NCBI GenBank assembly: GCA_905178155.1
Contig: CAJINV010000002.1
Coordinates: 7,861,650-7,925,649 of the forward strand
Reading direction: 5' to 3'
DNA: 64,000 bases
Source of the DNA: Amoebophrya sp. A120
Taxonomy: Eukaryota > Protista > Dinoflagellata
Shown: in pieces, positions 54,601 to 64,000 of the stretch
Numbering within the stretch: the stretch's first letter is position 1
Layout of the letters: every line of letters starts with the position of its first letter
Translations under genes and position numbers: made by a program
Notes under the pieces: model-generated
Told to the model about the DNA's origin: nothing
Database searches by the model: none
Seen by the model: only the letters and a program-made list of their open reading frames with translations

Positions 54601-55559
54601 TTCTGCGGCTCGCCCCACACCTCCGAGGCGCAGCAATCTTCCCCCTCGTCCGCACACTTGTCTGTATCGTGCAAAAAAACGTGTCTCGGGCGATCCGCAA
54701 AGGGCTTGAAAATCATCTGCGGCGGGCTCGTGGTCTCGGGCTTGCTTCCGTAGGGCGTAGCCGCAGCCCATGCGGACGCATTGTACGGCGGTGGTGTGGT
54801 GGTTGTGAACAAAGATGTGTAAAATCCAGACCGGTAGTGCACGGGCTGCGGGAGGAGGTCCAGGGACGCGCCGGACGGCGAGGCAGCAGTTGATGTAGAC
54901 CCGCTATTTACGACCCCCGTGGAGGTGCTTGCTGGAACTACTAAATTGGCTATTGCCGTCGCACTAATAGAAGTACCCCCGGTTGCTTTATTGTCTCTTG
55001 CGCTGTTGTCCCGTCCAACGCATTGGATAACCGGTCGGCGCCAGGAATCGACGGCGGGCAGGTGCGCTTCCGGCACGTGGGCAGCTTGGGGGTGACATAT
55101 TTCTTGCTCACGGTCCTCGTACTCGGAAATGCAGTAGCCGGAATGCCCGTAGCCTGCGAACTCGGCGGTGCAGTACCCCCTGCGTGGCGCCGCGTGCTCC
55201 GCACTGGGACTTGTAGTGGCAGTCTCGGTCGTTGAAGCCGGCGGATCTGCGGTGCTGGCTTCTGATGATGCGGTAATCGTCGCTGTGGATGGACGAGCAA
55301 TGTACTCCGTGCAGTTTCCTTGGCAGTCGGCGTGGGTCCGGCAGCGTCGCGCGGCGACAGGTACTAGAAATGTTCCCAAGAATCTTCCACATCCGCCACC
55401 GCCAGCTAGAACGAGGAAGGAGAGAAACAACGATGTGTCCCGGAGGCAGTACAAATGACGAACGAGGAGACCAACTACAGCACTGGCTGTGCAATCATGG
55501 TCCCGCGGTGGAATCTCCCCAGCAGTAGAATCTCGCCGTCTCTGACACGCAACCCGCAT
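51696..55559 (-). CDS. Type I membrane/surface protein with three 8-Cys repeat modules (two ORFs joined by an intron of about 150-190 nt)
   Basis: HD...C..DCCA.E.W...Q.C..G....GC(F/Y)GCY once in ORF 54396-55559 and twice in ORF 51696-54323. N-terminal hydrophobic stretch; TM FVIGVVVIGSLLLAFVLLLV. Confidence 0.7.
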
Positions 55560-56770
55560 GGTGATCCGCAGCGAGACTAGTACAGCCTGGTACTTGACAG
55601 CTCTTTCCAGTTGACCATGGTGGGCCGGTACCTTTCAGCATCAGGGTAAGTACATGATGATCTCCCAGATGTCAGTCAAGTAGTCGCTGGGCATCTCCAT
55701 CGCTCTACAACTCAGAAGCAACAAATTTATCTTCATACCATACTCCTCACTCGGGCGGCAGCGAAACGGCGCTCGTCGTTTCGGAACACGAGTGTTTTAC
55801 ATCGACCTACACGGCCCTCATTCAGCAGAAGCAGAACAGCTGCTTCATAGCTGCATCGCATAGAAAATTTAAATTCCCGAAAGGGCACTGGGAATAAAAA
55901 GCGTGTAGTCCTGTGTCTCATTCCATCGCACCACGTCTCGGTGACACAAATTTGGAACAGATCAGTGCCGAGGGGGTGAGTAGTACGGGGTAGAACCAAA
56001 GGTACAAAAATCGGAATCAGATTACAAATACAAGGTTCTTGTGGGTATCAACTACGGAAGAAAAAAAGCGCACGGGTTACGTTAGAGGTTCAGGAAGAGC
56101 AGAGCTCTTGTCTTTGAAATTCCCAAAATGCCACATGCCTGTACGTAGCGTCTTGATAAATTCCCAGTCTCATCAAAAATCCCGGTAAGAAATTACGACT
56201 TTTGGTATCTTGCCGCCGCGTAAAGAAAAATGATATGATGAAGTACGATATCTTTTTGCTTTTGGTATTTATATTTCACCTCGAGGTACAGAAAGTTATG
56301 CGCGTGGGTATCCCGGTAGAAATGAAGATCTTCTGAAACATGCGACAAACTAACAGGCTCTAAGAGCAGTCAGACCGTTGACGATTGATGTTTAGCAGTT
56401 GGACCATCGTCTGACTGTCAAGGGGGCCTTTACGGCTACTCAGCCTACCGATTCCAGGCAAGTTCCCCGACAGAAAAACGGATGGCTTTCTGCTGAATAA
56501 AAGAACTGCTGAAGATAGTGATTGCACAAACTGCCTTTATCAACTACCTTTGACTTTGTTTTTGACGTAGATCATTCATCAAAAATCGGAAGTGAAAAAA
56601 ATCTGAAAAATAGTTCACAGTCGCTTTACAAGAGTTTCAAATAAAGCATTTTTCTTTGGCCACCGCTTTCTGACACCAGAACGCGTTACTTGTCCGCATG
56701 ACGTTCAACACGCTACTGGTGCTTATGTTCAGGAAAATGATCCAGCAGCCAAATAAAGTCGCCCAGCACT

Positions 56771-59700
56771 TCAGGGGCTCGTCATTTCTGTGCCCTTTTC
56801 CGCGTCCTTCCCAGCTGCGGGGCTGACCTTTTTGTTGTCGCCTCCGTAGAACTTGGCCATCGATTCCTTGCAGAAGTAGCACATGGCCGCGAAGGCCACG
56901 CCCGCACAGAAGCACAGGCCGAACAACACTCCGATCAGAATCCACAGCCACGTCAAGGAATCTCCCTCGTCGTCCTTCTTCTCTTCGGCCGCAGTGCCCC
57001 CCGTGGCCGCTCCACTGCTTTGCGGCGATCCCTGCGTTCCGGCGTTGGCCACGGCGCTCGGAACGCTGTCCCAGCCGGAGCCCTGCACGGAGGGGTTTTG
57101 CCAGTTCGCGCCGCCCTCCGCCGCCGCACCGCCCGCGACGTTGGACAACGCCGGCTTGGAAGCCAACCCGTTCACGGCGAGCACCAGGCTTGCGGAGGAC
57201 AGCGTGCTGTCCGCCTGCGATTCCTGCCCGAAGTAGTCGACCAAAAGATTCCCGAACCCCGGGTCCGCGACCTGCTCCATCAGTTCGTCGGGGGACTGCG
57301 GCGGGGCGGAGTCACTGGCACTACTGCCCATGCTACTCCCCGTCGGAGGAGTTACCGTCGCGTCCGCCTGGATCAGCTTCTGCGTACCGTTGGAACCGGC
57401 CTGCAACAGACGGAGCAACAGGCCCTGCTCGGAAGCCGCGGAGGAGGAAACCCAAGACGAAGACGCCGCTTTGTTGTTACGCTGTTCCATTTCGAACACC
57501 TGCAGCGCTTCCTCCAGATCCGGGTCCGCAAGCAGCATTCGGGCGGTCGACACGGCGGCCGTCCCGGCCGCGTCGGTGTAGTTCAGCTTGCTCGCATCGA
57601 TGGTCACGGCGCTGCTGCTGAGACCGAGCGCGCGGGACACTGTCCGCGACAGCGCACTTACCAGTGCAGACTTGACCGTCGAGGACAGACTCGCCACGTC
57701 CGACTGGATGAGCAGCTCCAGCTTCATGTCGAACGACCCCGCGGGATCCGTGTCGAACTGCGCGAAGTGGCACCACAGGCGGTCGGCGCGGAAGACCGAG
57801 TACCGCGAGCTGTGCGTGTAGTTCATCTTCCCCACGGAAAACAGGCCGGGCTGCATGAAGCTGCAGAACCTCCGGGACAATTCACGCGCGTGCACCCCAG
57901 GCATCGCCACTCGCCGGTTCGTGTCGTCCAAGCTCGTCGGGTTGAAGGCGCCGACGAACTTCGACGCGCTCGTGTTGTTCGCGATCGCGGCGGTTGCCTG
58001 GTGCATCTTCGAGTTCCCCTTGTATTTCATGTCCAGCGTCGCGGCCGGAAACCAGGGCATGCCGGTGGGCACCGGCTTGCCGGAACCAAACACGGCGGAC
58101 TTCGCGGACCGCGACCGGATGTTCGCCGGCAGCTCCGCGCACGTGCTGGCCGACACCTCGTTGCAGAAGCCCACCGTACTGCCGTACTGCACGTTGGACG
58201 ACGCGACCGCGTCGCGGTTGCACCGCGTCTTGCTGTCGCACAGGTTGTACTCGAGCCGGTTTTCGCTCCCGGGAAGTTTCAACGCGGACCCGCGACTCGC
58301 GATCTTGTCGAACGCATTGTACTTGGTGGCCGTGAACCCGTTGTGGTTGCGGATGGCGCCCCAGGACTTGACCAGGTTGAACTCGTCGGATCCCATGTTG
58401 TTCACGATCGTGTGGTATGCAGTGCAAAAGTATCGCACTCGTAGTAGTTGCAGTCATGCATGACAAATCTGGTTCCTTAGCTCATTCAGCAATACAAATC
58501 CCATTTCTCCTTCTGGACAAATTTGCAATGCTATTTCTACTAGTACGATACTTTTGCAATGCATATGTGATTGTCCCCCTTGACGGTGAACGGGTCGTTT
58601 CCGAACAGAACGTTGCGCACCACGGTGGTGAACCGCCCCGGGTTCGTGGCGGTGCTGCTGGTGTCCAGCCGGATGGACTTGATCTTGGTCGGGCCGAAGA
58701 TGAAGTTCCCGGAAATCAGGGTCCAGTACTGGCCGTCGATCTGGATGTGGAAGCTGGCCGTGTCCTTCCAGCTGCCCATGTACCCCGTCCCCACGATCAG
58801 GTTGTTCTTGCACTGGTACCCCCGCGCCCAGTGCTTGAAGCCCCCGCCGTGCCCGTTGTACAAAAGCGTGTTCTATCAAATGTAAAAATGTCTGGGTCTG
58901 GAAGATTGGCAGGTTTGTCATGCACATTTTGCATGACTCCTGATGTCTGTGATGCATGCCCTAGCATCACAGATTTTGTGAGGGCTTCCTGATGCCTATA
59001 CCGTATGACAAATGCTCTTTCCGTGTAGCAAAACTTGGACTCTCTTTGCTGCTCATGCAATACAGATTTTTTTAGAATCCAAAATCAGCATAACAAGTTG
59101 GATTCTTCCAGACCCAGACATTTTTACATTTCATATGTTCTGCTGGAGGGTGTCCTTGAACCCGTCCCCCTGTATCCCACAGAAAAAAGCTGGCAGGTGC
59201 AGGTCATATTTGTAATGCAAAAATAAATAGACAAAAAAATTTGTATTGCATATCCTAAATAGCATGCTATGAGGCCGCCCATGGCAGATTTTTCTGTGTA
59301 TTTATTTTTGCATTACAAATATGCCCCGCCAGCTTTTTTCTGTGGGATACCCTGGAAGCAGTACTCGTAGCCGTCCGTGTTCTTCCGGTGCGCGTACCCG
59401 TTGAAGGCCACGTAGTTCCGGCTCACGAACGCGTTGCTCGCCTTGTAGCGGACCGCCCGCTTGGTGGCGCCGGCGACGATCGCGTTGTCCGCGATGAAGA
59501 GCCGCTTCCCGCTGCCCCGCCCGTTCTGCTTGGTAGTGAAGATCTGCACCGTGGCCCAGCTGCTGTGCGGGGGGGAGTACAGAAAGTGGTTGTACAGGAG
59601 GTAAATGTTCAGGTTGAACTTGTTCCCCACCAGGGGCTGGCTTTTGGAGCAGCAGTTGGTCCCGAAAAAGTGCAGCCCCTCGATCCAGATGTAGGTGTTG

Positions 59701-61121
59701 CGCTGCTTCAAGTTGATCGGCCACGCCTTCGACTGGTCCTTGACCCGGACGTGCGGCGGCCAGCCGTCGCGGTTCACGTAGTTGTGCTGCACCGACAGCG
59801 CGTGCGGGGCCCCGGACGCGGCGTAGAACAGCTTCTTGCTCGCGGTGTCGTACCACCACCAGGTGGAAGTCGAGGTGTCCAGCGTGGCCTCGGCGTTGCT
59901 GGCCAGCGTCGAGAAGTACTTGGTCGGCAGGTTTTTCCCGAAAGTTCGCCCGTACCCGAGCGGCGAGTAATGGTTCACGGTTTGGACGGTCTGTGTTTGT
60001 CGTTGATTTGATGACACTTCCATCTTTCAAGATATATTTGAGGACTCGTCTCATGGCTAGATTCATTCAATGTGGTACGTTGGTACGTTATACTCCTGGT
60101 TGTGGAAGTTTAAGCAAATTATGTCGACTTTTATTCAGCACCAGACGCTACCCATATTTATTACATTGCTCTAATGTCATCGTAGGTAATGCGCGAAGAC
60201 CTATATTCTACTTACCCCGTTCGCGTCCACTTTCGGCCCGGTGATCCGCTGCGTGTCCTGGTGCCCCACGTGCATGGGGTCATAGACTACACAGGGCACG
60301 CTCGAGTGCGCCAGGCCGTGGCCGCCGCTGGAGTCGCCGGTCGCGCACTGCATGGACTCGGCCATGAAGACAAAGGAGGCGATGTTGTTGGTCACGTTGG
60401 TGCCGTCGACGAGCGCGGACACGTCGGCCTCGTAGTACGCCTTGTTGTTTCCCGCCGCGGACGTGGTGTTCACCAGACTCCAGACCAGCTCCTGCGTGAC
60501 GTTTCGCGTGCCGTCCAGGATGGCGATGGTGGAGTCCGACTGGATGGCCAGGTTTTGCCGGTCCTCGACCACGGCCCCGTGCAGCGCCTGGTCGTAGAAC
60601 CCGGCTGCCAGCTTGCAGTTCGTGAACTGCAGGTTCCGGCTGCTCGACGTGGACGTGCCGTACACGTCCGCCTGGTCCACGCATTTTTGGATGGTTTGAA
60701 AGGCGTCGCCGAGGCTCTGCCCGCTGTTCAGGTCCGACCCGAGCTCGGGGCTCACGTAGTAGCAGTTCATGGTGCAAGATTCCTGTGTACTCGGCTTCGA
60801 CGGCTCGTGCGCGCTGCACAGGTCGTTGGGCACCACCTCCCACTTGTTATCGTCGAACCAGACGCCAATCGTGTCGGCCGGGGCGGAGGACATCCCGATG
60901 TTGCCCATGCACTTCACCGTGTAGTACCGAATCCCCTGCGTGCCGCACTCCGCCCACTTCCGCGGCTCACCCAACTTCGCGCATCCGACGGTGTAGGAGT
61001 CCACCATCTTTTCGTACTTACCGCGGATCTGCGCTCGGGCGGGTAGGAAAATTCCGAAGTGAACATGCTGCACAACTGCCAGGAAGTGGGCAAGCAGTGC
61101 GCCGCTTCTTGTGGAGGGCAT
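56771..61121 (-). CDS. Large type I surface protein: signal peptide, TSP1-like Cys module, pectate-lyase-like beta-helix region, C-terminal TM; GT-AG intron 59991-60215 plus 3 introners
   Basis: W.ECGTQGIRYYTVKC...LC....KPSTQESCTMNC; YVSPELGSDLNSG....AFQTIQKCVD; TM WLWILIGVLFGLCFCAGVAFAAMCYFC. The frame is continuous after removing the three elements. Confidence 0.75.
58416..58565. mobile_element. Introner/MITE family D (150 bp), TSD TGTGG/TGTGA
   Basis: tatgcagtgcaaaagtatcgcactcgtag ... ctactagtacgatacttttgcaatgcata. Removal gives KGDNHTIVNNMG. Confidence 0.9.
58874..59135. mobile_element. Introner/MITE family A (262 bp), TSD TGTTC
   Basis: tatcaaatgtaaaaatgtctgggtctggaaga ... tcttccagacccagacatttttacatttcata. 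Removal gives DTLQQNTLLYNGHG. Confidence 0.94.
59173..59349. mobile_element. Introner/MITE family E (177 bp, largely palindromic), TSD CCCTG
   Basis: tatcccacagaaaaaagctggc ... gccagcttttttctgtgggata, with further arms catatttgtaatgcaaaaataaata / tatttatttttgcattacaaatatg. Removal gives CFQGDGFK. Confidence 0.93.
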
Positions 61122-62704
61122 CCGACTGCGTGCGGAAAATGAAAACTTCAGTTGTCCCATGGTTTCGATACACTTATCACTGGAAGCCGAAGCACACACA
61201 GTGAAAAATTGTGGAAATATTTACTGCACAAATAATACAGGAAAGTCAGGAAGCCATACAAAGAAAAAACACTGCCTTTACACAAGTGGAGGTCCCTATC
61301 TACTCTAGGTGTGAGAGTACTTTACAGCTTGCGGTGGTCTGGTCCGTTTTCTTGCAATTACATAGAGTTTCCTCCTTGGGAAAGAGATCAATGAACCTGG
61401 TAAGTAGTTTTTTTCTTCAAAGAACTACCCAAAAGATACCTCCAGAAGAGTTGTCCAGCGTGATAAAAACGATTGCAAAATTGACAGTGTACGTGGACGT
61501 GAACGTGAACGTTTCTTTTGCCGCGATGCACGAGAAAAGTAGAGTCACGATGATCAAACCGACCCCAAGCGCAGTACATCTTGCTTCCTTTTCTTTTCTT
61601 CTGTACGATGGAAGCAGCGGTTAGCCGAGGAATAGACTTGTCACATACCGATGTTGGTATGGGAGGACGGAGGAGAAAGCAGCTTGCTACAAGCAAAGCT
61701 TGTTCCTGATCAATATCAGTGCCGATCGGAATCGGGTGTAGTTCCTACGATCCACAGTATTTTTCTTTACTCATTGCACCTGCGTACACAACAAAAAATC
61801 TGATTATTCGTAGTTTCAGTGTGCTGTAATCAATAGGTCATCTTGTTGAGCAGCTGGATATGCTGCACTGTACAAGTACAAGTTCATTCGCGGGACCTCA
61901 ACACTAGCTGTGCTAGCTTTCTAGTATGTGCAAGGCATTTTCAGTTCAAAGTCAAAACAATTGCATATGGTACAAGACATTTTGTTTCTGTAAGCGAAAT
62001 AATAACCTAAAACCTGTATCCCGACCGGAGAGTTTTTGTCACAACTCTCGTCTCAATTCTCGGATACTCTGTCTGACGATTGATTCAACAACGATTTCAC
62101 TACCTGATGTCACAACCTTAAACCTTTTGTCTGTATATCAACCTGTGTCTGATGAAGATCATGATCTTTCCTCGATTACTTTGGAGCAACTTCCAGGAAG
62201 CTTGTTCTACTTGTGTGAAGATGCTCCTGGCCCATACAAGCACACCGTTAACGTTCAACCGGAGTTGGCGACTCCAGGAAAACGAGCGGTCCTTGACAAG
62301 GCAAGATACTACTGCAGTCCAGACAATGGAACCGCTCTGTGTACAAGCTACCAGCGCTGCTGTGCCTATATCAATGGCCAGCACTGTGCTATTGCTATAT
62401 TTTTCTGAGTCTGATTCGATAAAAGTTTCAGATTTACAAAAAGTGTGCAAGCAGGATCGCGAGCACTATAACTGTGAACTCATAAAGTAAGAACCTTCCG
62501 TGAGCGTGAGCAGTTCCTTCCATTCTTACCTTTTCCGCCTATGGAGGAGTCAGCTGAGACAATCTCAACTACTACAATGACGACCTTTTATGACGTAGGT
62601 CAGGCACCTCATCATTGTGGTCGTGTACTTATGTCTCAAACCATGCTGCTAACCAACGTCGATGCAAAACCGGTCATGCACAATCACGAACTGCAAGCTG
62701 CAGG

Positions 62705-63701
62705 TTAGTTTCGCCTCAACAATATTGCCGCAGAAGATGCAAGATAGATTCTTGCGACTGACTCTACTACGTTGTCATTACAGTTGAGATTGTCCTCGCA
62801 GCTGAGCAGGCCATACGTCCGAAGTTTCGCGTTTTTCCTTGCTTGGTAGAATGTGTAGGCCTCGTCGTCGCCCTGAAACCGCTGCGCTTCCAGCATGTCG
62901 TACTGCTCTTTGGAGTCCCGCGTTTGCGCCATCTGCATGGAGGCGGCCAGCGGCGAGCGCGAGGTCACGTTCGTGTTCGAAAACTTCTCGTACTTCGCAG
63001 CATACCACTGCTCGAAGGCCTGCACCAACTCCCGCTTGCACACCTGCATCTCCTGCTCCCCGACGACGATGGCCTGGTCCAGTTGTCGCTTCTCCTCGAG
63101 CATTTTTCGGTGCTCGGTGCGCTCCTTCTGCTTCGTCGACAGGAGTGCAAATTCCTCCTCGTCAATCAGATCGGACTGCGCGCCGCCGGCGCCGCTGGCA
63201 GACGCCCCTGTCGTCGTGGAGATGATCAATGCTAGTAAACTCTTTTTAACTGGCTGTCGGTTAATATAATTTTCTCAGAAGTTGTCACTGGCTGGCGCCA
63301 GTTCTAAAATTTCCTGTCATCATGTTGACCGCACTAGTGTGCAGCTCTTCTCATGGAATCGGAAATCTGTCTTGAGCGACATGACAACATCTCCAGCTCC
63401 CGCAACAAGAAAATAAGCAGTAGTTCATTATCATTTACAAATCTCACAGTACTTTGCGTTATTCTCTGGTCCAGCGCTTCCACGGTTTGCTTTTTCTGGT
63501 TCAGTTTCTGGATCAGCAGCTTGCACTCCTGTTTGCGCTGCATCACACTCGATTTCAAATTCTGGAACTGCCTCTCGAAAGCGCCGCCCTCTTTCCTCTT
63601 CCAAGACAAGAAAACTGCTGCCTTGTCCTCGGGTGCACGGGAGGCCTTCGCAGATCCGGGACGCTGTGGCCTCCGCGGCGTCAGCACCTCGCCTTCCTCG
63701 C
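62705..63701 (-). CDS. C-terminal exons of a kinesin-9 (KIF9/KIF6-like) protein; the motor domain would lie beyond the window
   Basis: LIDEEEFALL...CKRELVQAFEQWY...GDDEAYTFYQARK and a coiled-coil exon resemble KIF9/KIF6 tails. No motor domain seen here. Confidence 0.6.
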
Positions 63702-64000
63702 CTGCAAAATAAAAGTGTTTTTAGTGGGATCATGGATCATGCTCACTTAGTCACTCAGTTAATTACATGGCGCAACTACTCGCTCATTTCGACATGTCCA
63801 AGCTCAGTGACAATTTCCACTGGCACTGCACCAGCTGCCGAATACGATACTTTACGTTTCCTGCCTCAACAGATTGATATTTATCCGGTCTAGTAGATGA
63901 AACACTCGATAGACACTACGCTGCAGACATGACCTCCACGCTGCACACTGAAATAATAGAACGCGATAATATCATCCCGAAGCAACTATACCGTCCCCCG

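Noticed and set aside
57020-58444. Long antisense ORFs (also over XPB, NNT and the PPR gene)
   Set aside because: These are shadow ORFs caused by high GC3 codon bias.
61926-62408. Plus-strand ORF with RILCLTI...LLSVYQP, reminiscent of a LINE APE endonuclease
   Set aside because: No GDFN or SDH catalytic motifs and no reverse transcriptase nearby; unsupported.

Overview
This is gene-dense eukaryotic DNA in which essentially all genes lie on the minus strand. Identifiable genes are polyubiquitin (6 units), mitochondrial uL24, glycine cleavage H protein, alpha-beta fused NAD(P) transhydrogenase, PXMP4/PMP24, a PPR protein, XPB helicase, a syntaxin, three secreted or surface Cys-rich proteins and the C-terminus of a KIF9/KIF6-like kinesin. 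Several large low-complexity hypothetical genes are also present. The dominant signal is 13 MITE-like elements of 150-335 bp in five terminal-inverted-repeat (TIR) types, all shaped [5-bp direct repeat]-TAT-N7-AAA...TTT-N7-ATA-[5-bp direct repeat]. Most sit inside coding sequence. Removing the element plus one direct repeat restores the reading frame, including conserved motifs, without GT-AG ends, so they behave as non-canonical introner introns. Homologous copies occur in both orientations relative to the host transcript, and all five TIR types share an internal GCAT-N-ACA motif. This architecture matches my recollection of the parasitic syndinian dinoflagellate Amoebophrya (A120-like), but the taxon is inferred and not verified. 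All coordinates were read by eye and may be off by a few bases.
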